NCBI GenBank assembly: GCA_009694135.1
Contig: SHVS01000009.1
Location: 5,319 to 69,318 of the forward strand
Direction of reading: 5' to 3'
DNA from: Alphaproteobacteria bacterium
GTDB taxonomy: Bacteria > Pseudomonadota > Alphaproteobacteria > UBA6615
Length of the DNA: 64,000 bases
Shown here: positions 48,836 to 58,572 of the stretch, piece by piece
How positions within the stretch are numbered: the stretch's first letter is position 1
Layout of the letters: the number at the start of each line of letters is the position of its first letter
Translations under genes and position numbers: made by a program
Notes under the pieces: generated by a model
What the model was told of the DNA's origin: nothing
The model's database searches: none
What the model saw: only the letters and a program-made list of their open reading frames with translations

Positions 48836-50188
48836 CTACTTGATCTGGCTGCGAATGTCCTGCGCGCGCTGCCAGGCCGGGGAACCGGCCGCCAATATCC
48901 CGGTTGCGCGCTGAGCGTGCGAGCGGGCGGCGCTCTTGTCGCCTTCGCGCAGGGCGAGTTCGGCTTGCGCCAGCGCCAGCTCGCCGCGCGCTCCGCGCCG
49001 GCCTTCGGCAATCACCAGCAAGCGCCACGCCTGCGTTTGTTCCGACTCGGAGCGTAAGGCGGCATTGAGCCGGTCGGCGGCGCTCTTGAGCAGCGCCGGA
49101 TCGCCCGTCTCGATTTCGACCTGCGCCAGCGAGATCGCGATCAACGGCTCCTCCGGCGCCAGTGCGACGGCGCGCCGATAAGCCGGCAGGGCGGCAGCGA
49201 CGCGCCCGCTTTCGAACAGCATCTGGCCATGCAGTTCATGAAAATACGGGTTTGTCGGCTCTTCCGCGATCAGCCCGCCGATGATGGGCAGGGCGACATC
49301 GATTTCTCCTCGACGATAAAGCGCGATCGTATGCGCATAACGTGCGACCAGGCTGGTGTCGCCTGGCGGGTAGGAGAGCATCACCTGGTCGATCGAGCGG
49401 GTAAAGCCGATCAGCTTGGCCCGCATGCGCGCATGGCGGTCGATCAGCGCCGGCGGGTCAGGCGTGTTGGTGTAGCGCGACAGCGCTAGATGATTGGCGA
49501 TGGCGACGGCGCGCTCGGACGAGAGTGGATGGGTCCGCGAATAGGGGTCGGGCGCCAAACCGGCGATCTGCTCCTGCTGGGTGAGCATTTGCAGGACTTC
49601 GAGCATGCCGCGCGAAGACACCCCGGCGCGGTCGAGAAAACCGAGCGCGGCCGCATCGGCGGCCGATTCTTGCGTCCGTGAATACTGGAGCAGTGAATTT
49701 TGCGCCGCTTGTTGCCCGCCGGCGATTACCGCGGCTCCGGCTCCGCCGTTGCCGGTTGCGACGGCGACCGCCGCCCCGAGCAACAGTCCAATGATCGCCT
49801 GCGCGGTCGAATCGCGGAGCTGTTCGTGCAACCGCGTCAAGTGACCGCCGGCGATATGGCCGGCTTCATGCGCGATGACGCCCATGACCTGGTCCGGCGT
49901 CTCGGTGCGCATCAGCAGGCCGGTATTAATGAACAGTTGCCGCCCGCCGGCGACGAAGGCATTGAGTCGGTCGTCGCCGATGAGATTGACGTGGATGGCT
50001 TTGGCGTCGAGCCCGGCGGCGGCGAACATGGGGGCGGAATAGGCGCGAATGGTCGACTCAATCTCGGCGTCGCGGATGAGCGACACGCGCTGCGCGGCGG
50101 CCGGCGACGAGCCGATGCCTACGGCGGCCATGAGCCCAAGGAGCGCTGCTCGCTCCAACCCTTTCCTTGTCCGTATACGCATACCCAC
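48836..50188 (-). CDS. M48-family zinc metalloprotease with TPR repeats (BepA-like)
   Basis: 450-aa ORF with a signal peptide, HEAGHIAGGH (HExxH) and a TPR-like C-terminal half. Start is GTG 50188 or ATG 50182. Confidence 0.85.
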   Translation of the reverse strand: MGMRIRTRKGLERAALLGLMAAVGIGSSPAAAQRVSLIRDAEIESTIRAYSAPMFAAAGLDAKAIHVNLIGDDRLNAFVAGGRQLFINTGLLMRTETPDQVMGVIAHEAGHIAGGHLTRLHEQLRDSTAQAIIGLLLGAAVAVATGNGGAGAAVIAGGQQAAQNSLLQYSRTQESAADAAALGFLDRAGVSSRGMLEVLQMLTQQEQIAGLAPDPYSRTHPLSSERAVAIANHLALSRYTNTPDPPALIDRHARMRAKLIGFTRSIDQVMLSYPPGDTSLVARYAHTIALYRRGEIDVALPIIGGLIAEEPTNPYFHELHGQMLFESGRVAAALPAYRRAVALAPEEPLIAISLAQVEIETGDPALLKSAADRLNAALRSESEQTQAWRLLVIAEGRRGARGELALAQAELALREGDKSAARSHAQRATGILAAGSPAWQRAQDIRSQIK

Positions 50189-51716
50189 CCTTTTCGGCGC
50201 TGCTTGCGCCCTGGCCTTGATATTGGCCGGATGCGCGGCCGTTCAAGCTCCCGTGCCCCAGGCCTCGCCGCTGATCCTGGGCGGAATTGCCGCCGACGAG
50301 CCGATCGCGGCCCAGATCGGTCGGGACATCATAGCGACCGGCGGCTCGGCTGCCGACGCAATTGTTGCGGCCAGTTTCGCGTTGGCGGTGACCTATCCGG
50401 GCGCCGCCAGTCTTGGCGGAGGCGGCATCTGTTTAGTCCATGACGCGGTGAAGGGCGAGACTGTCGCGCTCGAATTTCTGGCGCGTGGCGCACGATCGGT
50501 CAACGGAGCCGCGCCGGCCGCGATCCCCGGGATGGTACGCGGATTGGCGGCGCTGCATGCCCGTTTCGGTCACGCTGCTTGGTCGGGCTTGCTCCTGCCC
50601 GCCGAACGCTTGGCGCGGGATGGGCACATGGTTTCGCGCGCGCTTGCAAGAGAGTTGTCGGTCACGCTCAATTTGTTCGCCGATCCGGTGGCGCGGCGCA
50701 TTTTCGCGCACGCCGATGGACGGCCGATCGATGAAGGCGAGAAGCTTGTGCAGCCTGAATTGGCGGAGGTGATCCGCACGCTGCGCTCCATCCGGGCAGC
50801 AGCCGAATTTTACTCTGGAGCCTTAGCCGCGCGCTTGCTTGAGGACAGCGTGGCCGTTGGACGGCCAATCTCGGCCGAGGATTTGCGCGGGTATGCGGTC
50901 GATTTACGCCCGGCCGAGCAACGCCCCTATGGCGCGCATAGCCTGGCCTTTGTGGGATCTACTCAGGCCGGCGCGCGCGCGGCCGAACTGGTCCTGATGC
51001 TTTCCAAGGAACTGAGCTGGCGCGGCGCGGACGCAGCAAGCCGGGCGCATCTGTTCGCCGAGGCGGTCGCGCTCGTCGGCGAGGGCGAGGCCAAGGCTGA
51101 GGCGGAGCGCGTGACGCGCCTGGCGCGCGCGGTCGATACGGCTCGCCATCGCGGCGCGAGCGGCCCACGGCGGTTGCCCGAGCAGCCGAGCGCGACCGGG
51201 CTGGTCGCCATCGATACTTACGGCCAGGCGGTTGCCTGCGCCTTCACGCTCAATGCGCCATTCGGCAGCGCCAAAGTCGGCTCCGGGACGGGGATATTGT
51301 TTGCCGCCCCGCCCGCGCCCGACGGGCGCAGCACCGACGCGCTCGGCGTGCTCATGGTGGTCAACCGCAACACCAAGGACGTGTATTTTGCAGCCGCCGC
51401 CGCAGGTGGCGCGGCGGTGGCGCCCGCCCTGGCGCGCGTGGTGCTCGAAACGCTCGAAGCGAACCATAATCTCAAAGAGGCGCTGGCGGCTCCGCGCGTG
51501 CTGTCGTCGGCGGCCAGCGACACTCTGTGGATCGAGCCCGAGGTCACGCCGGCTGTGCGCAGCAAGCTGGTCGCGCGCGGACATCGTCTGACCGAGGTCG
51601 AAGAGCTCGGTCACGCGGTCGCCTTCCTTTGTCGCGAAGGCGTTCCCCGAACGCGTCGCTGCGAGGTCGAGGCCGACCCGCGTTGGTTTGGCCTCGCGCT
51701 CACCGCGGCCGAATAA
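50130..51716 (+). CDS. Gamma-glutamyltransferase-family lipoprotein (divergent active-site motifs)
   Basis: In frame 50049-51716, ATG 50130 gives a lipobox (LILAGC). GGT-like blocks include GGSAADAIVAA, ...DTYGQAVACAFTLNAPFGS and ...DPR. Start uncertain; it overlaps the divergent M48 start. Confidence 0.75.
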   Translation: MSPRSAARSNPFLVRIRIPTLFGAACALALILAGCAAVQAPVPQASPLILGGIAADEPIAAQIGRDIIATGGSAADAIVAASFALAVTYPGAASLGGGGICLVHDAVKGETVALEFLARGARSVNGAAPAAIPGMVRGLAALHARFGHAAWSGLLLPAERLARDGHMVSRALARELSVTLNLFADPVARRIFAHADGRPIDEGEKLVQPELAEVIRTLRSIRAAAEFYSGALAARLLEDSVAVGRPISAEDLRGYAVDLRPAEQRPYGAHSLAFVGSTQAGARAAELVLMLSKELSWRGADAASRAHLFAEAVALVGEGEAKAEAERVTRLARAVDTARHRGASGPRRLPEQPSATGLVAIDTYGQAVACAFTLNAPFGSAKVGSGTGILFAAPPAPDGRSTDALGVLMVVNRNTKDVYFAAAAAGGAAVAPALARVVLETLEANHNLKEALAAPRVLSSAASDTLWIEPEVTPAVRSKLVARGHRLTEVEELGHAVAFLCREGVPRTRRCEVEADPRWFGLALTAAE

Positions 51717-51718
51717 CG

Positions 51719-52870
51719 ATGACCACAAGGCGCGGTCCGGCGACGCGCGGTGGGATCTCGCCCTTCATCGTGATGGAGGTGATGCGCGCGGCCAATGCGC
51801 GCGCGGCGGCGGGCGGCGGCGTGGCGCATCTTGAAGTCGGGCAGCCGGGAACGCCCGCGCCCGCCGGCGTGCTGGCGGCGGCGCGCGCGGCGCTCGACCG
51901 CGACCGGCTCGGCTATACCGAGGCGCTGGGCCTGCCGCGCTTACGCGAACGCATCGCGCGCCATTATGGCGAGCAGCATGGCCTTAAGGTTGCGCCGGAT
52001 CGCATCGTGGTGACGACCGGATCATCGGGTGCGTTCCTGTTGGCGTTTCTTGCCGCCTTCGACGCCGGTGACGCGGTCGCCATGGCAGCGCCCGGCTATC
52101 CCGCGTATCGCAATATCCTGACCGCCTTGGGCAACCGTCCGGTGGCGCTGCGCACCGGCGTGCATGAGCGCTTTCAGCCGACGCCTGAGCTATTGGCCTC
52201 GGCCGGGCCGCTCGCCGGGTTGATCGTCGCCAGCCCGTCGAACCCGACCGGGACCATGCTCGGCCGCGCGGAACTGGCGGCGTTGGCGGAGGCCTGCGAC
52301 CGCCAGGGCGCTTGGCTTGTCTCCGACGAGATTTATCATGGCATCACCTATGGTCGCGCTGCCGTTTCGGCGCTTGCGGTGACCGATCAGGCGATCGTCG
52401 TGAACAGCTTTTCGAAGTACTATTCGATGACCGGCTGGCGCATCGGCTGGCTCGTGCTGCCGCCGGAGCTGGTCCAGCCGGTCGAGCGCCTGGCGCAAAA
52501 TCTGTTTATTTCGCCGCCGACGCTCGCGCAGATCGCGGCCGAGGCGGCCTTCGACTGCCGCGCCGAGTTGGACGCCAACGTCGCCGCCTATGCGCGCAAC
52601 CGGGCACTGCTGCTCGATGCTTTGCCGCGCGCCGGCTTCGATCGCTTGGCCCCGTCCGACGGGGCTTTCTACCTCTATGCCGACATCGGCGCGCTGACCA
52701 ACGACAGCGCCGAGTTCTGCCGCCGCATGTTGGCCGAAGCCGGCGTGGCGGCAACGCCGGGCATCGACTTCGACCCGCAAGAGGGGCACCGCTGGCTGCG
52801 CTTCAGCTTTGCAGGCAGCGAGGCCGAAGTCCGCGACGCGATCGCGCGCTTGGCGGCGTGGCGCAGCTAG
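51719..52870 (+). CDS. Class I/II PLP-dependent aminotransferase
   Basis: In frame 51527-52870, start moved to ATG 51719. It has the SFSKYYSMTGWRIGW PLP-lysine motif. Confidence 0.9.
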   Translation: MTTRRGPATRGGISPFIVMEVMRAANARAAAGGGVAHLEVGQPGTPAPAGVLAAARAALDRDRLGYTEALGLPRLRERIARHYGEQHGLKVAPDRIVVTTGSSGAFLLAFLAAFDAGDAVAMAAPGYPAYRNILTALGNRPVALRTGVHERFQPTPELLASAGPLAGLIVASPSNPTGTMLGRAELAALAEACDRQGAWLVSDEIYHGITYGRAAVSALAVTDQAIVVNSFSKYYSMTGWRIGWLVLPPELVQPVERLAQNLFISPPTLAQIAAEAAFDCRAELDANVAAYARNRALLLDALPRAGFDRLAPSDGAFYLYADIGALTNDSAEFCRRMLAEAGVAATPGIDFDPQEGHRWLRFSFAGSEAEVRDAIARLAAWRS

Positions 52871-52877
52871 CCGCGGT

Positions 52878-53621
52878 CTAATCCGGCTTGAGCGAGCGCG
52901 CGCCTTGGATCACCGCGCGCACCGGCGAGGCGCGCCGCTGCTGGGCCGGTTCGCGTTCGGCGACGGCGGCAAAAAGTTGCTTGCCGGCCTCGACCAGCGT
53001 CACGCCGGCGAGCGGCTGGAACCAGCGTTCGCCCAGGCGCTCGAAGGCGGGCGCCGCGGCCAGCACAAAACGCCAGTTTGTCGGCGGCACATAGAGCGCG
53101 CGACCGGTTCTGAGCGGCGTAAACATGGCGTGGCGCAGCACGCGCTTGAGCTGGCGCACGGAGTAGGGCTGGCCGTGGCCAAAGGGGGTGTGCTCGCCGC
53201 GGGCCCAGATGCTGCGCCGGTTGGGTGCGATTACCATCAGCCGCCCGCCATCGGCCATCACGCGCCAGATTTCGCGCAACAGCGGCTGCAAGTGCTCGCT
53301 CGCCTCGAAAGTGTGCGCCAAAAGGATGCGATCGAAGGATAGATCGGAGAACGGTAGTTCGGTTTCGCTGCCGATGATCGACAGGTTGCGCCCCTCCGAC
53401 GGCCAATGCATGACACCCATCGGTGCCGGCATTAGCGCGACGACGCGCTCGGCCTCTTGGGCGAAGGCGCGCAAATAGGGCGGGGTGAAGCCGAGGCCGA
53501 GCACGCGCTGGCCGCGCAGCTCCGTCCACAGCTTGCGCAGCTGACGACGGATCTGGCGCTGCGCCACCTGCCCGAGCGGGCTGTCGTAGAAGTCCCGGAG
53601 ATCGAGAACGTCCTGCCACAT
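52878..53621 (-). CDS. Class I SAM-dependent methyltransferase
   Basis: 247-aa ORF with RVLGLGFTPPYL (degenerate motif I) and ...LREIWRVMADGGRLMVIAPNR. Confidence 0.75.
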   Translation of the reverse strand: MWQDVLDLRDFYDSPLGQVAQRQIRRQLRKLWTELRGQRVLGLGFTPPYLRAFAQEAERVVALMPAPMGVMHWPSEGRNLSIIGSETELPFSDLSFDRILLAHTFEASEHLQPLLREIWRVMADGGRLMVIAPNRRSIWARGEHTPFGHGQPYSVRQLKRVLRHAMFTPLRTGRALYVPPTNWRFVLAAAPAFERLGERWFQPLAGVTLVEAGKQLFAAVAEREPAQQRRASPVRAVIQGARSLKPD

Positions 53622-53713
53622 GGGGCAAAACTAGCATAATATGTTCAAAGTTTCCTAGCGTGCCGCTCAGATCAGCCCCTTCGCCTTGAAACTGACATGT
53701 CCGTGTTTGCCGA

Positions 53714-54364
53714 TCACACTAAATGATCGTGCACGGAGATGCCGAGAGGCTTACCGGCGGCGATCACCGCGCGCGTGATTTCGATATCGTCGCGCGACGG
53801 CGTCGGATCGCCGCTTGGATGGTTATGCACCAGGATGACCGCCGTGGCGCCGAGTTCGAGCGCGCGCCGCATCACTTCGCGCGGATAGAGCGGCGTGTGA
53901 TCGATCGTGCCGCGCTGCTGCCTCTCGTCGCCGAGCAGCTGCAACTTGCGGTCGAGGTAGAGCAGGTGAAAATTCTCGACCGGTTCATAGGCCAGCGCCG
54001 CGCGACAATAGCTGATCACCCGCTCCCATGAACTGAGCACCGGCATTTCGCTCGCTTCCTCGCGCGCCAGCCTGACCGCCGCCGTGCGCATGCTCTTGAG
54101 CAGCACGATCGCCGCCTCGCCCATGCCTTCGACCGCGCCGAGCGCCGCCGCGTCGGCGCTGACGATCGCGGCGAAGCTGCCGAAACGTTTCAGCAACGCC
54201 TTGGCCAGCGGCTTGGTATCGCGCCGCGGCAAAACGCCCATAAGCAGAAGTTCGAGCAGCTCGTAATCGGGCAGGGAGGCGCCGCCGTCTTTGAGAAAGC
54301 GCTCGCGCAGTCTCTGGCGATGCCCGGCGAGTTCGGGTTTCTTATCCGCCTCGGCCTCAGGCAT
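53714..54364 (-). CDS. radC: RadC-family JAB-domain protein
   Basis: In frame 53714-54415, start moved to ATG 54364. It has GHRQRLRERF...LPDYELLELLL and a JAMM-like VHNHPSGDPTPSRDD. Confidence 0.85.
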   Translation of the reverse strand: MPEAEADKKPELAGHRQRLRERFLKDGGASLPDYELLELLLMGVLPRRDTKPLAKALLKRFGSFAAIVSADAAALGAVEGMGEAAIVLLKSMRTAAVRLAREEASEMPVLSSWERVISYCRAALAYEPVENFHLLYLDRKLQLLGDERQQRGTIDHTPLYPREVMRRALELGATAVILVHNHPSGDPTPSRDDIEITRAVIAAGKPLGISVHDHLV

Positions 54365-55220
54365 AGGGCGGCTTGGACAGACCGGCCGGGGACAGGGTGA
54401 ACACTTCAAAACCATCCTCGGTCACGCCGATCGAGTGTTCGAATTGGGCCGAAAGCGAGCGGTCGCGCGTCACCGCCGTCCAACCATCCTCCTTTATCCA
54501 CACCTCGAAGCCGCCGGCGTTCACCATCGGCTCGATGGTGAAAAACATGCCCGGCCGTAGTACGACGTCGCCGGGCCTGCGCTTGCCGTCGCTGGGCCTG
54601 GGCTCGCCATAGTGCAGAATGCTCGGCGCGTCGTGGAACACGCGCCCAATCCCATGGCCGCAAAAATCGCGCACCACGGAGAAGCGCTCCGCCTCGACAT
54701 GGCTTTGGATCGCGTAACCGAGATCGCAAAGCCACGCCCCCGGCTTAACGGTCTTGATCCCGCGCCACATCGCCTCGAAGGTAACATCAATCAACCGCGC
54801 CGCCAGCCGCTTCGGCTCGCCCACCGCGTACATGCGGCTCGTGTCGCCATGCCAGCCGTCGAGAATGACGGTCACGTCGATATTGATGATGTCGCCCTCG
54901 ACCAGGCGCTTGTCGCCCGGGATGCCGTGGCACACGACATGGTTGACCGAGGTGCAGATCGATTTGGGAAAGCCCTTGTAGTTGAGCGGCGCCGGAATCG
55001 CTCCGCGCTCCACGATAAAATCGTGGCACAGGCGATCGAGCGCACCGGTGGTCACACCGGGCAGGACTTGCGGCGTGATGAAGTCAAGCACCTCCGCCGC
55101 CAGCCTTCCGGCCCGGCGCATGCCTTCGAACGCGGCGGCATCATGGATTTTGATCCGCCGCGGTTCCGGTTCGCTACGCTCGATCACCGTCGTGCTCAAG
55201 TCCTTACGCATGTCATTCAC
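54357..55220 (-). CDS. map: Type I methionine aminopeptidase
   Basis: 287-aa ORF with FPKSICTSVNHVVCHGIP, ...DVTVILDGWHGD and ...CGHGIG. Start is GTG 55220 or ATG 55211. Confidence 0.94.
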   Translation of the reverse strand: MNDMRKDLSTTVIERSEPEPRRIKIHDAAAFEGMRRAGRLAAEVLDFITPQVLPGVTTGALDRLCHDFIVERGAIPAPLNYKGFPKSICTSVNHVVCHGIPGDKRLVEGDIINIDVTVILDGWHGDTSRMYAVGEPKRLAARLIDVTFEAMWRGIKTVKPGAWLCDLGYAIQSHVEAERFSVVRDFCGHGIGRVFHDAPSILHYGEPRPSDGKRRPGDVVLRPGMFFTIEPMVNAGGFEVWIKEDGWTAVTRDRSLSAQFEHSIGVTEDGFEVFTLSPAGLSKPPYA

Positions 55221-55405
55221 TGCCTCCGGTCCCTAGAAATCGGGCTTCGCCGCGCCAAGTCAATCCCTTTAGCAGTCTGTGCCCCGGGCCCCAGGTGTTA
55301 TACGCTTGGCAACCCGCGGGCTTCTGAGGTACCCGGCCTTGTCGCGCTTGGCCCTAACCGAGTCGCCCCGACCTTAACCGCGGGGGGGGGCTGGCGGATT
55401 ACTCT

Positions 55406-55744
55406 ATGAGGCGGAGCATGAACCGAATCCTGCCGCTTTTATTGCTCTCACTGGCGGGTTGCGCGGATACGCAACCATATTCCAGCCAATGGTCGCGGTC
55501 GGCAACTTCGGGGCAGACTCAGCAAGCCGATCTGGACGACTGTCGTGGAGAGGCGATGGAGGGCACTGCGCGGGCGCGCCGGATCGACGACGACACGACC
55601 CGGCAACGCGATCAGACACGCGATGCCTATGCTGGCACGCTGGTCGGCAACCTGCGCCGCTATGATACCGACCGCACCTTTTATGAATCGATCGATCGTT
55701 GCATGCGTGGTCGCGGCTACGCCCCGGTCAGTTTCACCCGGTAG
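55406..55744 (+). CDS. Hypothetical lipoprotein
   Basis: 112-aa ORF with lipobox LSLAGC. Alternative start is ATG 55418. No recognisable domain. Confidence 0.55.
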   Translation: MRRSMNRILPLLLLSLAGCADTQPYSSQWSRSATSGQTQQADLDDCRGEAMEGTARARRIDDDTTRQRDQTRDAYAGTLVGNLRRYDTDRTFYESIDRCMRGRGYAPVSFTR

Positions 55745-55765
55745 GCCGTTTCGTCCGCATCCGGC

Positions 55766-56515
55766 ATGAACGCGCGCCCGGTCGAGGCCGCCGTTCTGAT
55801 CGTCGGCAATGAAATCCTGTCTGGCCGCACGCAGGACTTAAATCTGGCTTGGCTCGCGACCCGGCTTGGCGAACACGGCATTCGTGTCACCGTGGCGCGC
55901 GTGGTGCGCGATGAGCAGCCGGCGATCGTCGATGCCGTGCGCGATTTGGCGGCTTCCCATGACTACGTCTTCACCACTGGCGGCATCGGGCCAACACATG
56001 ACGACATCACGCCGGGCAGCGTCGCGGCGGCCTTCGGCCGCCCCTTGGTGCGTCATGCGGCGGCGGTCGAGAAGCTCGCAACCTATTATCGCGGACGTGG
56101 CGACGCTTTGAACGCGGCGCGGCTGCGCATGGCCGAAGCCGCCGAGGGCGCCGAGCTGATCTGGAGCCCGGGCGCCGGCATCGCCTTCCGGGTCGAGAAT
56201 GTCTTCGTTCTCGCCGGCATTCCCAGGGTGATGCAGGCTCAGTTCAACACCCTTGCGCCCACCCTGCGCCGGGGCGCCGTGGTTTTGTCGCGCAGCGTCG
56301 ATTGTGCTCTCGCCGAAGGCAATTTCGCCGAGGGGCTGGGACTCATCCAAGAAGCGTTTCCGGCGGTCGAGATCGGCAGCTACCCTTACGACCGGAATGG
56401 CGAATACGCGGCGCGCATCGTGCTGCGTTCGGCAGACAATGATGCGCTAGAGCGGGCGCTCTCCCGGGTCACCGCCTTGATGGAATATTTGGGTGGTTCG
56501 CCTAAACTTGAATGA
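55766..56515 (+). CDS. CinA-like molybdopterin-binding (MoCF) domain protein
   Basis: 249-aa ORF containing AAVLIVGNEILSGRTQDLNLAWLA...TTGGIGPTHDDIT. Confidence 0.85.
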   Translation: MNARPVEAAVLIVGNEILSGRTQDLNLAWLATRLGEHGIRVTVARVVRDEQPAIVDAVRDLAASHDYVFTTGGIGPTHDDITPGSVAAAFGRPLVRHAAAVEKLATYYRGRGDALNAARLRMAEAAEGAELIWSPGAGIAFRVENVFVLAGIPRVMQAQFNTLAPTLRRGAVVLSRSVDCALAEGNFAEGLGLIQEAFPAVEIGSYPYDRNGEYAARIVLRSADNDALERALSRVTALMEYLGGSPKLE

Positions 56516-56582
56516 AACGGGCTTTGTACCTGCGTCGCCCCGCATGTTAATCTTTTCGTGTCGATGTCCGGGGCCGGCCAAA

Positions 56583-58214
56583 ATGGGGATGCGATCCATG
56601 ATCAAGGGCGTTGCCTTTGTCGCTCTTGCCGCCGGCCTCATGTCCGGCGCCACCGCGGCCGAAACGCTCAAGATCGGCATCGCCGCCGACCCGATTACGC
56701 TCGACCCGCATGTGCGCAGCTCGACCAATGAGGTCGCCATGCTGCGGCTGCTGTATGAGCCGCTCACCTGGGTCGACAAGAACCAGGAGGCGCAGTCGGT
56801 CCTGGCCAAGACCTGGCGGCGCATCGGACCACTCACCTGGCAATTCGAACTGCGCGACATTGCCCAGTTTTCCGACGGCACGCCGGTCACGGCGCGCGAC
56901 GTGATCTATTCCTTTTGCCGGGTGAAGGCGCAGGGCGCCGGGCCGGAGTCCTTCGCGCCCTATATCGCCGGCATCACCTCCATCGAGGCGAGCAACACGC
57001 GCGAGATCACCTTCAAGACCGTCGAGCCGGATGCGGCGCTGCCGGTCTCGATCGCGACGATCGCGGTTCTTCAGGCGACTAACCTGACCGGCGAGCCGAA
57101 ATTCACCGCCGCTGGTTGCCAGGGCATCGCCAGCTATCCGACGCGCGCCGAATTCGACGCCGGCCAAATGCCGTTGGGCAGCGGCACGCATCGTTTGCAG
57201 AGCCGCACGCCCGGCAAGCAACTCATGCTCAACCGCGTCAACGACTACTGGGCCGGGGTGAAGACACGCTGGGACGTGCTCGACTTCGAGGTGATTCCCG
57301 ATCCGGCGGCGCGCGTGGCCGCGCTGCTGACCAAAGTGGTGGCCGTGGTCAGTGATCTTCCGACCGAATCCCTGCCGATGCTCAAATACGAGGGCAGCTT
57401 TTCCTACTCGCTGGTTCCGACCAACGGACGCTTGGTGCATGTCCAATTCAATCACGCGGCGAAATCGCGCACCGGAGACGCTCCCAATCCCTTCGTGGAT
57501 GTGCGCGTGCGCCAGGCGCCGGCGCTGGCGCTCGACCGCCCGCAACTGATCGCCGGCTTGTCGCTTGGCATGGGTCAGGCAGCGGACAACATTGTTCCGC
57601 CAAATTTCGATGAGGGCGTGGTGCGCTGGCGGCAGCTCTATTTCTACGGCCCGCTCAACGACGCGTCTGAGACCGGACCGGACCCGTCCGGCGCAAAGCA
57701 CCTGTTGGCCGAGGCCGGCTTCGCTTCCGGCATCAAGACGACGCTCGCGGCTCCGGATCGTTTCCACGACGTTGCCAAGCTCGTGGTGGCGCAGCTCAAG
57801 ACCGTCGGCATCGACGCGACGCTCGTTCCGCTGAGCGCGGCCGCGACCGCCGATCTGCGCCTGGGCGATTTCCCCGGCTGGACTGGCGAGCTATCGGCGC
57901 CGCTCAAGGCGCTGGCGTTCCGGCCCGACGCGGCGAAGGGGCTCGGCGTCGATAATTGGGGCGGCTACTCCAGCCCGGCGATCGAGGACGCGCTCGAGGG
58001 GGCGTCGGCGGTGGAGGACGACCAGAAGCGCCGCAGGGCGATGCGTCAGGTCGAACAGATGCTTCTCAAGGACGCGGCGCTGGTGCCGGTGATGTATGTG
58101 AACGATAGCTGGGGCCAGTATCAGGGCATCGCCTTCGACTCGCGCATGACCCAGCGCTCGATCTTCGCCCAGCACCTTGTCACCTGCGTGCCCTGCCACG
58201 ATCTTAACCCCTAG
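56583..58214 (+). CDS. ABC transporter substrate-binding protein, family 5 (peptide/nickel type), orphan
   Basis: In frame 56493-58214, start moved to ATG 56583. It has a signal peptide, then ETLKIGIAADPITLDPH... No permease or ATPase genes are adjacent. Confidence 0.85.
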   Translation: MGMRSMIKGVAFVALAAGLMSGATAAETLKIGIAADPITLDPHVRSSTNEVAMLRLLYEPLTWVDKNQEAQSVLAKTWRRIGPLTWQFELRDIAQFSDGTPVTARDVIYSFCRVKAQGAGPESFAPYIAGITSIEASNTREITFKTVEPDAALPVSIATIAVLQATNLTGEPKFTAAGCQGIASYPTRAEFDAGQMPLGSGTHRLQSRTPGKQLMLNRVNDYWAGVKTRWDVLDFEVIPDPAARVAALLTKVVAVVSDLPTESLPMLKYEGSFSYSLVPTNGRLVHVQFNHAAKSRTGDAPNPFVDVRVRQAPALALDRPQLIAGLSLGMGQAADNIVPPNFDEGVVRWRQLYFYGPLNDASETGPDPSGAKHLLAEAGFASGIKTTLAAPDRFHDVAKLVVAQLKTVGIDATLVPLSAAATADLRLGDFPGWTGELSAPLKALAFRPDAAKGLGVDNWGGYSSPAIEDALEGASAVEDDQKRRRAMRQVEQMLLKDAALVPVMYVNDSWGQYQGIAFDSRMTQRSIFAQHLVTCVPCHDLNP

Positions 58215-58227
58215 GCGGGGAACGCCG

Positions 58228-58401
58228 TCAGGCGGGAATAATCACGCGATAGAGCAAAGCCGCCGCAAGGGCGAGGGCGAGCCAGATCGCGGCGTCGCGC
58301 AGCGCGGTTCCCCGCCCGCGCTGGAGCGCATAGGCGGAGGACCCGACCAGCGCCAGTAGCGCCAGCAGATAGGTCAGGCGCAGCCAATCCCATTCCCCCA
58401 T
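58228..58401 (-). CDS. Possible small two-TM membrane protein (57 aa)
   Basis: In frame 58228-58422, ATG 58401 has GGAGG 5 nt upstream. Third-position GC is high and there are two hydrophobic helices. No known family. Confidence 0.3.
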   Translation of the reverse strand: MGEWDWLRLTYLLALLALVGSSAYALQRGRGTALRDAAIWLALALAAALLYRVIIPA

Positions 58402-58473
58402 CACGACCTCCGCGGCAAGCATAGACGCGGTGTGTCTGGCCGCAAGCGCGCCGGGCGGCTACAAAGGATTCGC

Positions 58474-58561
58474 GCGGGCGTGGTGAAACGGTAGACACAC
58501 GGGACTTAAAATCCCGTTCGCCTAACAGCGAGTGCAGGTTCAAGTCCTGCCGCCCGCACCA
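58474..58561 (+). tRNA. tRNA-Leu (anticodon UAA), CCA encoded
   Basis: Cloverleaf folded by hand: acceptor GCGGGCG/CGCCCGC, anticodon stem CGGGA/TCCCG with loop CTTAAAA, long variable arm (TCGC...GCGA), T-arm GCAGG-TTCAAGT-CCTGC, then ACCA. Confidence 0.95.
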
Positions 58562-58572
58562 AGGCCATTATC

